Source: an uncultured Bacteroidales bacterium
GTDB lineage: Bacteria; Bacteroidota; Bacteroidia; Bacteroidales; TTA-H9
DNA length: 64,000 nt
NCBI GenBank assembly: GCA_964552325.1
Contig: CAZKHA010000003.1
Span: 671-64,670 of the forward strand
Direction: 5' to 3'
Shown: piece after piece, positions 29,201 through 36,618 of the stretch
Layout: the number at the start of each line of letters is the position of its first letter
Position numbering within the stretch: position 1 is the first letter of the stretch
Position numbers and translations under genes: made by a program
The notes under the pieces: generated by a model
Seen by the model: the letters and a program-made list of their open reading frames with translations, nothing else
Told to the model about the DNA's origin: nothing
The model's database searches: none

Positions 29201-29822
29201 GTTTGGTTAAAACTGGCATAAAGGCTTTCCTTTTTTCATCTAGCTTATACACACCTCCTGATTCAAAGAAAGCAAAAAGATTACCATATCCATCAGAAGT
29301 TAATATAAATGAGCGTTGTACGTTCTCTGGGATTTTCGTGATCCCTGTTTTGTAAGGTTTAAGTTTATTATCTTCATACGCATAAATATCATTATTATCA
29401 GTTAGCCAAACCCTTTTAAGGTCGTCTTCAAAAATAAGTTTCGGATACCAAAAGGTGTTAGGCTGTTTGTGAACGCTGCCCTTTCGCAGAAGTGAGCTTT
29501 TGGTTTGATCTTTATTTGGATAAATAATGCTAACCCCTTGGTCATCACTTACTAAAAGGCCGGAAGCGATGGTTCGTTTAATGTGCTTGATGTAGCGGCT
29601 GGTGGTTAGGTTTGGATAGGGTGTAAAGTTGGTGCCATCAAAAGTGGCTAATCCATTATCCGTGGCTACAAATACAAACCCTTCATTATCAATAGCCGAT
29701 GCTTTAACCAAATCGCTAGGCAAGCCGTCGTTTGAGTTGTAATAGGTGAAATGATATTTTTGACCCAACAACGAATTTGTTAGCATCAAGAGTAAACCGA
29801 CTGTTATAGTTATCCATTTCAT
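26241..29822 (-). CDS. Hybrid sensor histidine kinase with periplasmic beta-propeller/Y_Y_Y sensor region and receiver (no HTH output)
   Basis: Signal peptide, then a ~700-aa repeat-rich periplasmic region of the two-component-regulator-propeller type. TM (WWVISLFISILICAIYLLL), H-box SHELRTPMNAV, HATPase (DTGIGI, GGTGLGLSI), receiver (VLVVDDNQIN...DLQMPELDG). ATG at 29822 is preferred; the -7 box at 29847-29854 overlaps the ORF-track start. Confidence 0.85.
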   Translation of the reverse strand: MKWITITVGLLLMLTNSLLGQKYHFTYYNSNDGLPSDLVKASAIDNEGFVFVATDNGLATFDGTNFTPYPNLTTSRYIKHIKRTIASGLLVSDDQGVSIIYPNKDQTKSSLLRKGSVHKQPNTFWYPKLIFEDDLKRVWLTDNNDIYAYEDNKLKPYKTGITKIPENVQRSFILTSDGYGNLFAFFESGGVYKLDEKRKAFMPVLTKLTDTKFHYAASFKQGEILVCGNQGLSRLTTNKQGVIDAKLILAKIEFSWLEMLNSSTIIGTTWSDGIYELKSDSAEYRFNRISEFQFSNANHINKDFENNLWLSTDNGLVLMQAMFFCSLGQNNILGYIQDIRLKPDGAVVVSNGTTVYQVEHKNNEHYIHTIYTSPKSSILKLLPIHDTLWLADGEGVIYALVDGVIKKTFPQSQKGAIFIMESDNLHRLWYCQDGVKGIRYLDKSGKQCAPSFNNQLKSKIICIKYHPQNQLLYFGGTSDDAYLYSYDSKTDKLTNLSAKLPFNHNVPIAVNDMCFDKDGQILLATTFGVLKFDGKQLERIDLGLETESTIKSIAIDINGDLWATASTGLIKVAQGDRYFFSEKDGIPSKTSTYRSLVIDSTNQLWLGTIAGLGHSGNNLPAVLTPKPVLWRILRNGKSIDSTNKYRFNNKSILKILVNVPSYPGSAISFQIRQLNGKDTTEWKACTNQVEYYLTDFKTGKYKLQIRCKKEGNFSWSRPTDFSFGVTRVWFEKWWVISLFISILICAIYLLLRYQRTKLKKEQAKLERIIYERTKEISDQNKQISNQNNYILSKNQELELTNHELVLAKEKAEKLGMAKSQFLSTMSHELRTPMNAVIGMTYILLNENPKPDQVENLQTLKFSAENLMALINDILDFSKIDAGKITFEDADFDLRDKINSVIQVVKVKADEKGVKVISDIDPALPEYLIGDPTRLNQILFNLAGNAVKFTDKGQVTIKVEVKSKSPTDCALVFKIIDTGIGIASDKISSIFDSFTQASLEITRKFGGTGLGLSITKKLVELQGGRIYVDSVLNRGATFTVHLNYRISDKTNDANQENLPETFSFFNGETVLVVDDNQINLIVAKKFLTKWNLNVETAENGKIAVDLVQTKDYKLVLMDLQMPELDGYKATNIIRDYENKNGLAHVPIIALTASALIEVKNNIKATGMDDFITKPFNPSELNYKISKYLRSVDRG

Positions 29823-29846
29823 AATTTCCACACTACATGCGTATAA

Positions 29847-29854
29847 CAAAATTA
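29847..29854 (-). promoter_or_regulatory. Candidate -7 box (TAATTTTG) for the propeller hybrid kinase
   Basis: TAnnTTTG match on the minus strand, 25 nt upstream of the ATG at 29822. Confidence 0.45.
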
Positions 29855-29893
29855 CGAAAAACTAGCTATGCACCTTGGTAAAAGAAAAAATAT

Positions 29894-29901
29894 TAAGTTT
29901 G
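29894..29901 (+). promoter_or_regulatory. Candidate -7 box (TAAGTTTG) for the SBP-domain kinase
   Basis: TAnnTTTG match, 19 nt before the ATG at 29920. Together with 29847-29854 it forms a back-to-back divergent promoter pair. Confidence 0.45.
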
Positions 29902-29919
29902 TATGCTGGCAATTGAAGA

Positions 29920-31620
29920 ATGATAAATCAAGAATCAATAGTTAAATTATTAGTATTCAGTATATTGCTGATTGTAGTACCCTGCAGTTCAATTTTGGCT
30001 CAGGCTGAAAATGGGATGCAACCGAAGGTTCTGCGTGTTGGCTACGATGAGGCATATCCTCCATTTCAGTTTACTGATAATAATGGAAGAGCAAGTGGCT
30101 TTGACATCGACATTATAAAGGCTGTGGCTCAGGTTATGGGCTATCAAGTGTATTTTGAGGCTGGAAGTTGGTTCGAGATTAAGGATAAGCTAGACCGAGG
30201 AGAAATTGATGTAATACCAGGCGTATATATTAACCCAGGCCGTAAACTAAATTTTGAGGTAACCGTTCCTTTTATTGTTACGTTTCATCAGTTCTTTGTC
30301 CGCAAGAGTTCTCTTATTACTTCATTAAGTGATTTAAAATCGGACACTTCATTGCAGATTATCATTCAAAATAATCAAGTTTTAACCGATTATTTAACCG
30401 AACTCAACCCAAACATCAAGCTTAAGTATGTTGAAAATATTCAAGAAGGTCTTCGCATACTTAGCTCAGGTGAGGGTGATGCCATACTAATACCGCAGCG
30501 TTCAGGTCAGTTTTATATTCAATTTTTTAGGTTAAATAACCTTAAACCTGTTTTTAAGCCCGTACTACCTCGCGAATATGCTGTAGGAGTGAAGGCCAGT
30601 GATAGTGCTATTTTGCAAACCATTAACAGTGGCTTGGGCATAATTGAGAACACCGGTGCCTATAAGGAAGTCTATAACAAGTGGTTTGCTGTTTATGAAG
30701 AAACTAGTTTTTTTGGCAAATACTATCTGTGGATAATTGGGTTATTTGCTATATCACTCCTTACTATTGTATTTATATTGTTCTGGAATAGGATGTTGAC
30801 AAAGATTGTTAAGCAAAAAACAAGGGAATTAAGAGAACAATTGATTCAAATGGAAGAAACAGAGCACCGTCTTCGCATCGAAACAGCGCGGGCTCAAGAG
30901 TCAGATCAATTAAAATCAGCATTTTTAGCTAATATGTCGCACGAGATTCGAACACCTATGAACGCTATCATTGGGTTTTCTGAATTATTGGCCGAACCTG
31001 ATTTAACCGATGGTGACCGTACCTTCTACTACGAACTTATAAACTCCAATAGCTATGCCCTGCTAAACCTCATAAACGACATAATTGATGTTGCCAAAAT
31101 AGAATCGGGCCAAATAGTTACGGTTAAGCACCGTTTTGAGGTGAATAGACTCTTGTATGAATTGTTTGAGGTGTTTCAAGTACAGCTGCGCAGAAATGAT
31201 AAAAAGACCGCTAAGCTGGATTGTGACCCTTTTTATACAACTGAATTTTATCTAAATTCCGACGAAATGCGTATTAAACAGGTGCTAACCAACCTAATAG
31301 GCAATGCTTTAAAATTTACTGACAATGGCTTTGTAAAATATGGCTATGACATTTTAGATTCAAAAGTGCGGTTTTTCGTACAGGATAATGGGATTGGTAT
31401 TCCTGCTGATAAACAGGATGTTATATTCAATAGGTTTAGACAAGCTGATGAAGGCCTTGCTCGGTCATTCGGTGGAGCTGGGCTAGGTTTATATATTTCT
31501 AAGCATTTGGTAGAAATACTGGGGGGCAGCATTTGGCTCGAGTCAAAAGAGCAAATCGGGACAACATTTTATTTTACCTTGCCATTGAATGATTTACCAG
31601 ATGCTAAAAAGATTGGCTGA
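29920..31620 (+). CDS. Sensor histidine kinase with periplasmic solute-binding (SBP family 3) domain
   Basis: Signal peptide. LRVGYDEAYPPFQFTDNNGRASGFDIDIIKAV is typical of amino-acid-type SBP_bac_3. TM, H-box SHEIRTPMNAI, HATPase (DNGIGI, GGAGLGLYIS). Confidence 0.85.
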   Translation: MINQESIVKLLVFSILLIVVPCSSILAQAENGMQPKVLRVGYDEAYPPFQFTDNNGRASGFDIDIIKAVAQVMGYQVYFEAGSWFEIKDKLDRGEIDVIPGVYINPGRKLNFEVTVPFIVTFHQFFVRKSSLITSLSDLKSDTSLQIIIQNNQVLTDYLTELNPNIKLKYVENIQEGLRILSSGEGDAILIPQRSGQFYIQFFRLNNLKPVFKPVLPREYAVGVKASDSAILQTINSGLGIIENTGAYKEVYNKWFAVYEETSFFGKYYLWIIGLFAISLLTIVFILFWNRMLTKIVKQKTRELREQLIQMEETEHRLRIETARAQESDQLKSAFLANMSHEIRTPMNAIIGFSELLAEPDLTDGDRTFYYELINSNSYALLNLINDIIDVAKIESGQIVTVKHRFEVNRLLYELFEVFQVQLRRNDKKTAKLDCDPFYTTEFYLNSDEMRIKQVLTNLIGNALKFTDNGFVKYGYDILDSKVRFFVQDNGIGIPADKQDVIFNRFRQADEGLARSFGGAGLGLYISKHLVEILGGSIWLESKEQIGTTFYFTLPLNDLPDAKKIG

Positions 31621-31622
31621 GG

Positions 31623-33491
31623 CTAATTAGTATCCAGGGCTTCAAATTCGCTGTTTTGGCTAATAAATTCAGGTACAAGTAATTTCATTCGTTTTATTGC
31701 CTCCGTGGGATTTCCAATCAAAGATTCGTTTTCGATAGCGGTTATCGCTTCCAGAGCTAATGAATATTCATAGCTTCTTACCTTGCCGATTTTTATCTTT
31801 GGATGATGTGTTGGAAGGATGGATTCCTTGTCGTTGAGCAATTCCTCGTAAAGTTTTTCACCTGGACGCATGCCCGTAAAAACGATTTGAATATCACGGC
31901 CTAATTCTAAGCCCGAAAGCTTGATCATTTTTTTGGCAAGTTCAATAATCTTTACCGATTCGCCCATGTCAAAAACAAATATCTCGCCTCCTTTTCCCAT
32001 GGTGCCTGCCTCAAGCACCAAACTGCAAGCTTCGGGTATGGTCATAAAATAACGTGTAACATCAGGGTGGGTAATGGTTATGGGGCCACCATTATTTAAC
32101 TGGTTTTTAAATAATGTTACCACCGAGCCATTAGAACCTAGCACATTTCCAAACCTGGTGGTTATAAACCTTGTTTTGCCTTTAGCATGGAGCGATTGCA
32201 CATAAATCTCAGCTATTCGCTTACTGGCACCCATTATATTAGTAGGATTTACGGCCTTATCGGTTGATACCATTACAAATTGCTCTACGCCATTATTTAG
32301 CGAACAATCAGCCAAAAGCCTTGTGCCAGTTATGTTTGTACGTATCGCTTCCATTGGGTTTCGTTCCATCATCGGAACATGCTTATAGGCCGCTGCATGA
32401 AAAACAACCTGTGGCCTATATTTTTGAAAAATGTCGTTGAGGTTCTTTTCGGCCCTTATGTCACCTAAAACAATTGTAAAGGATTGACCTTTAAACTTTT
32501 CACTAAGTTCCAGTTCAAGAAAAAATAAAGGGGTTTCAGCATTATCTAACAATACCAACATTTTAGGCCTATGTGCTAAAACACTCCTGGCCAATTCGCT
32601 ACCAATAGATCCAGCAGCCCCCGTAATCAGAATTGTTTTGTTTGTTAACGATTCTTTGACTTTATGCTCATCAATATGGATGATTTCGCGCTCCAATAGA
32701 TCTTCAATTCTAATATTGCGGATTTGCCCGAAGCTTAATTGCCCGTTTATCCATTGATTGACTGGTGGAACGTTGAGTACTTTTACCTGATACTCTAAAG
32801 CTGTTTCAATAATCAGCTTTTTGCGTTCTGGCGTAATTTGTTGTACGGCCAATATCAAGTATAAGACTTCATTATTGGCCAAGAGTTCAGTTAAGTCGTT
32901 TGACTTATAGATTTTTATACCATCAATCTGTTTGCCAATTTTGGTTGGGTCGTCATCCACAAAGGCTATGATGTTGTAGAATACAGATGGATCTCTTTGT
33001 AAGGCGTTTTTTGTGATTAAGCCAGCCTCGCCTGCTCCAAATATAATAACAGTGGCTTTTTCCTTTTGCTTGTTTTGAAGTTCCATGAAGGTAAGTTTGG
33101 CGATAAGCCGCATAATGATCATGGATACTGAAGTTACTAAAAACTCTATAATAATGATGGAGAACGGGATGTTAAACCGTTCATTAATAAAATAGTAGGT
33201 TGTAAGGTTTGTAACTACCAGAAACATACTGGCAATTACATTTATAATGAATATGCGTGAAGCATCCGCCAAGCTAGTAAATCGCATCATTCCAGCGTAC
33301 GTTTTTCCTAGGAAAAAAGATATACTCCTGATAATTAGGATATACGTGAGAATGGCAGGCACAGGTTTCATTTCGTTTGGTGGTATATCGAAATTAAACC
33401 GAAGCATAAAGGCAACCAATACGGAGGCAGCCGTTATAAAAATATCGGAAAATATGACAACTGGGCGAGGTATGGAAGTTGGAAAACGCAT
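31623..33491 (-). CDS. CapD/WbpM/PglF-type membrane-anchored nucleotide-sugar 4,6-dehydratase
   Basis: Four N-terminal TM helices and two Rossmann regions (VIIFGAGEAG; ILITGAAGSIGSEL). VFHAAAYKHVP catalytic YxxxK. ATG at 33491 (MRFPTS) is preferred; the ORF-track start is TTG and a -7 box lies at 33519-33526. Confidence 0.85.
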   Translation of the reverse strand: MRFPTSIPRPVVIFSDIFITAASVLVAFMLRFNFDIPPNEMKPVPAILTYILIIRSISFFLGKTYAGMMRFTSLADASRIFIINVIASMFLVVTNLTTYYFINERFNIPFSIIIIEFLVTSVSMIIMRLIAKLTFMELQNKQKEKATVIIFGAGEAGLITKNALQRDPSVFYNIIAFVDDDPTKIGKQIDGIKIYKSNDLTELLANNEVLYLILAVQQITPERKKLIIETALEYQVKVLNVPPVNQWINGQLSFGQIRNIRIEDLLEREIIHIDEHKVKESLTNKTILITGAAGSIGSELARSVLAHRPKMLVLLDNAETPLFFLELELSEKFKGQSFTIVLGDIRAEKNLNDIFQKYRPQVVFHAAAYKHVPMMERNPMEAIRTNITGTRLLADCSLNNGVEQFVMVSTDKAVNPTNIMGASKRIAEIYVQSLHAKGKTRFITTRFGNVLGSNGSVVTLFKNQLNNGGPITITHPDVTRYFMTIPEACSLVLEAGTMGKGGEIFVFDMGESVKIIELAKKMIKLSGLELGRDIQIVFTGMRPGEKLYEELLNDKESILPTHHPKIKIGKVRSYEYSLALEAITAIENESLIGNPTEAIKRMKLLVPEFISQNSEFEALDTN

Positions 33492-33518
33492 AAACAACGT
33501 TCTTTTATTAATTGGGTG

Positions 33519-33526
33519 CAAATATA
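33519..33526 (-). promoter_or_regulatory. Candidate -7 box (TATATTTG) for the CapD-like gene
   Basis: TAnnTTTG match on the minus strand, 28 nt upstream of the ATG at 33491. Confidence 0.4.
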
Positions 33527-33862
33527 CACGGCTTAGGCTAAAGAACACCAAAAGAGCTATGCGAATCAATATGTAACTAGCTTTAGCGGCTGGCCTAATC
33601 AAAGCTTATAAAGACTGCCATAGCTCTGTTTTTTAATACATTGGATAATTTGGTTCGTGAGGTACTGTATGCAAATTCAACTTAGCAATTTATCGTACTA
33701 GCAATATAAACAACTGATTTTATGTCTGTTGAGAAGTGCATTTGCTGTATTTTTTTTTGAATGAACCTTTACCATCCTTGAAAAGGATTTATTGCACCAA
33801 CTGCAAAGGATTTTGTTTTGGCAAGGTTGTAAGTTTATCATAAGGACTTGTGCCTTAAAAGT

Positions 33863-33898
33863 AAAGCGAAGGCTCTATATGAAGAGTTCCTTCGCTTT
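33863..33898 (-). terminator. Hairpin terminator after the SSS / small-membrane-protein operon
   Basis: AAAGCGAAGG...CCTTCGCTTT gives an 8-10 bp stem, 48 nt downstream of the stop at 33946. Flanked by A/T runs on both sides. Confidence 0.45.
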
Positions 33899-33945
33899 AA
33901 TTTCTCTGAGCAAAAATAGCTGTTAATTGGCTAAACGCGCTTTTG

Positions 33946-34149
33946 TTAGTGTTTCTTTTTAGATAGTTTTACTGCCAACAACATAATGACGCCAAAAACT
34001 AAGAGTATAGTACCAGAAACAAGGTTGATGTTTATTTCTAGCGATTTGCGATACATTTGCTCATCACCCATGGTTAGTACGCCAAATATTAATAATATGG
34101 CTCCTAATATAGTGAATAATAGACCTATAGGGATACGAATATCTAACAT
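33946..34149 (-). CDS. Small two-TM membrane protein co-transcribed with the SSS transporter
   Basis: 67 aa with two hydrophobic helices (IPIGLLFTILGAILLIFGVL; LVSGTILLVFGVIMLLAV) and a basic tail KLSKKKH. Starts 12 nt after the SSS stop. A hairpin terminator follows. Confidence 0.45.
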   Translation of the reverse strand: MLDIRIPIGLLFTILGAILLIFGVLTMGDEQMYRKSLEININLVSGTILLVFGVIMLLAVKLSKKKH

Positions 34150-34161
34150 AATGATTCCTCC

Positions 34162-35886
34162 TTACCAGAAAATGATTGATAAAATTACAACGAGTCCAAT
34201 TACTAAGGTAGCAAAAGCAGTAGGGGTGTAATACCATTTTGTTGCTTCCGCTTTTTCATGTTTAGTCAGTGAATATACGAGGCCTGTTAAATCGGTATCT
34301 GATTTAAGTTGCTTAGTACTTAAACTAACTGTTACTGTTAGAATTACGCTTGTAGAAAAGGAGAAAATGGCAGTCCAAAAAGCCTGCGCCATATCCACTG
34401 GATACGTGTGAACCACACCTAGCCAGCCGCCCCTGAAAATGGTATCAGAGCCCGCTGGTTCAGTTAAGCCATGATGTAAGAGCGCAACTAATAGTCCTCC
34501 TAGAATCCCAGAAAATGCAGCATGACCTGTTGCCCGTTTCCAGAACATACCCAAGAAAATAACTGCAAAGAGTGGAGCATTGATCATGGAGAATATTGCT
34601 TGCAAAAAATCCATGATATTGTTGAACTTTGTGGCAATGTAAGCAGCTGCTATGCTAACAAGGACACCAAAAACGGTGGCAAGCCTACCAACCATTAAAT
34701 AATGCTTGTCATCATTTTCTTTGTTTCCGCTTGAGGGCCTGATGTAGCTCTGGTAAATATCATAGGTCCAAACAGTATTAAAGGCCGATACATTACCAGC
34801 CATACCTGACATAAATGAGGCTAAAAGGGCCGTAATCCCCAGGCCTAGAACGCCTGCGGGCAAATAGTGTTGCAGTAGGGCAATTATGGTGTAATCATAA
34901 TTAATATCCCCACTTCCAGGTTTGGTAGGCAGGTTAAAAGAAGCTTCGGGTGTATTCATCAATACCATGGCAATGATGCCAGGCACAATTATTAGAAAGG
35001 GGATGAACATTTTAGGAATGGCACCAATGAGGGGTGTTTTAATGGCAGCCAATTTCGATTCGGCAGCCATGGCCCGTTGAACAATTAAAAAGTTTGTGCA
35101 CCAATATCCAAACGAGAGTACAATTCCCAACCCCATAAATATGCCAAACCACTCAAGGCCCATGGGGTTGCTGGCTGCACTTCCCGTATATTTCCATGTG
35201 GTGGTCCAGGTGTCTGGGGCATATTGTTGTGGCGTTACAGCAGCTAATTTGGTTTCAAGTCCACCCCAGCCGCCAACTTCGGTCAATCCTAAGTAAACCA
35301 AAGGGAATAAACCTAAAATGATGATGAAAAACTGCAAAACCTCATTATAGATTGCAGAGGATAGCCCACCAAGGTAGGTATAGGCCAATACAATTAAGGC
35401 TGAGGCCCAAAGACAAAGGTTGAAATCCCATCCAAGCACGTTTTCGAGTAAGATTGCAAGGGCATACATTGATATCCCGGAAGCCATAATAGTCATAATG
35501 GCAAATAGAATAGCATTGATGGCGCGGGTTTTCTCATCATACCTTAGTTTTAAGAACTCAGGTACCGAGCGTGCTTTCGAGCCATAGTAAAAGGGCATCA
35601 TAAAGATGGCTAAAAATACCATGGCGGGTATGGCGCCAATCCAATAAAAATGGGTGGTAAGCATACCATACTTGGCTCCCGAACCTGTCATTCCCATAAC
35701 TTCCAAGGCGCCTAAATTGGTGCTAATAAAGGCCAAACCTGCAACCCATGCTGGCATCGAACGGCCTGCTTCAAGAAATGCGGAGGCATCTTTCATGTAC
35801 TTTTTTAAAGCCCATCCAATGCCCAAAACAAAAATGAAATAGATGATCATGATAGCATAATCAATCCATTGAAGGTTAAACTGCAT
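34162..35886 (-). CDS. Sodium:solute symporter (SSS/SGLT-like) family transporter
   Basis: 574-aa polytopic protein with about 14 TM. The N-terminal region (LEAGRSMPAWVAGLAFISTNLGALEVMG) is typical of the SSS family. Confidence 0.85.
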   Translation of the reverse strand: MQFNLQWIDYAIMIIYFIFVLGIGWALKKYMKDASAFLEAGRSMPAWVAGLAFISTNLGALEVMGMTGSGAKYGMLTTHFYWIGAIPAMVFLAIFMMPFYYGSKARSVPEFLKLRYDEKTRAINAILFAIMTIMASGISMYALAILLENVLGWDFNLCLWASALIVLAYTYLGGLSSAIYNEVLQFFIIILGLFPLVYLGLTEVGGWGGLETKLAAVTPQQYAPDTWTTTWKYTGSAASNPMGLEWFGIFMGLGIVLSFGYWCTNFLIVQRAMAAESKLAAIKTPLIGAIPKMFIPFLIIVPGIIAMVLMNTPEASFNLPTKPGSGDINYDYTIIALLQHYLPAGVLGLGITALLASFMSGMAGNVSAFNTVWTYDIYQSYIRPSSGNKENDDKHYLMVGRLATVFGVLVSIAAAYIATKFNNIMDFLQAIFSMINAPLFAVIFLGMFWKRATGHAAFSGILGGLLVALLHHGLTEPAGSDTIFRGGWLGVVHTYPVDMAQAFWTAIFSFSTSVILTVTVSLSTKQLKSDTDLTGLVYSLTKHEKAEATKWYYTPTAFATLVIGLVVILSIIFW

Positions 35887-35938
35887 ACAACAATAATTTA
35901 GGTTAACAATGATTTAATAAGCGAAAACCCAAAGGGTA

Positions 35939-35946
35939 CAAAGCTA
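35939..35946 (-). promoter_or_regulatory. Candidate -7 box (TAGCTTTG) for the SSS transporter operon
   Basis: TAnnTTTG match on the minus strand, 53 nt upstream of the ATG at 35886. Confidence 0.35.
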
Positions 35947-36089
35947 CGGTAGGTTATGCCAAAAAAGCCAAACTTGATACCGGCTTTGCGAGTCCAAACT
36001 TACGCAAAAACTTTGAAGTTGTAAAATGATTTTGCTGCTCTCAATATTATTTGTACTTTAGTGCATTCTTTCACGTCAATAGTATATGT

Positions 36090-36470
36090 ATGCCTGAAGT
36101 CGTTAAATCTGGAAAAACTGTCTTAGTTGTTGAAGACGATGATAATAACATGCTTTTTTATAGAGAGCTTTTCAAAAGAACCAAATACCCAATGCTTTAT
36201 GCAAAAAATGGTGTTGAAGCCCTACAAACGGTTATTGATCATGATGAAATTGGATTGGTATTAATGGATATAAAAATGCCTTTTATGGGTGGATATGAGG
36301 CTTTTACTGAAATAAGGAAAATAAGGAACCTACCAATTATAGCTCATACGGCTTATGCCCTTTCTGGCGATAAAGAGAAAGCTACTGCATTTGGATTTAC
36401 CGATTATTATACCAAACCCATTAATAAGGAAGCCTTGCTAAAAAAGATTGATTCTTTAATACTTGTATAA
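36090..36470 (+). CDS. Stand-alone response-regulator receiver (CheY-like)
   Basis: VLVVEDDDNN, LVLMDIKMPFMGG, IIAHTAYA and TKP motifs; no output domain. The ORF-track start (36051) is TTG; ATG at 36090 is preferred. Confidence 0.85.
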   Translation: MPEVVKSGKTVLVVEDDDNNMLFYRELFKRTKYPMLYAKNGVEALQTVIDHDEIGLVLMDIKMPFMGGYEAFTEIRKIRNLPIIAHTAYALSGDKEKATAFGFTDYYTKPINKEALLKKIDSLILV

Positions 36471-36513
36471 TAGGTATTTGTAATTTTTAGTTGTGTTTGC
36501 TAACAACATTGGT

Positions 36514-36521
36514 TATATTTG
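36514..36521 (+). promoter_or_regulatory. Candidate -7 box (TATATTTG) for the Cache/PAS kinase
   Basis: TAnnTTTG match, 98 nt before the ATG at 36619. Confidence 0.3.
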
Positions 36522-36618
36522 TATAGGCAATTCATTGGTCAAAACAAAAGTCTAGGTTCATCCAATCATTTGGGTCAATGCGGCCCTAAGGTTAAATTTA
36601 AGGTTTAAATACTGGTAT

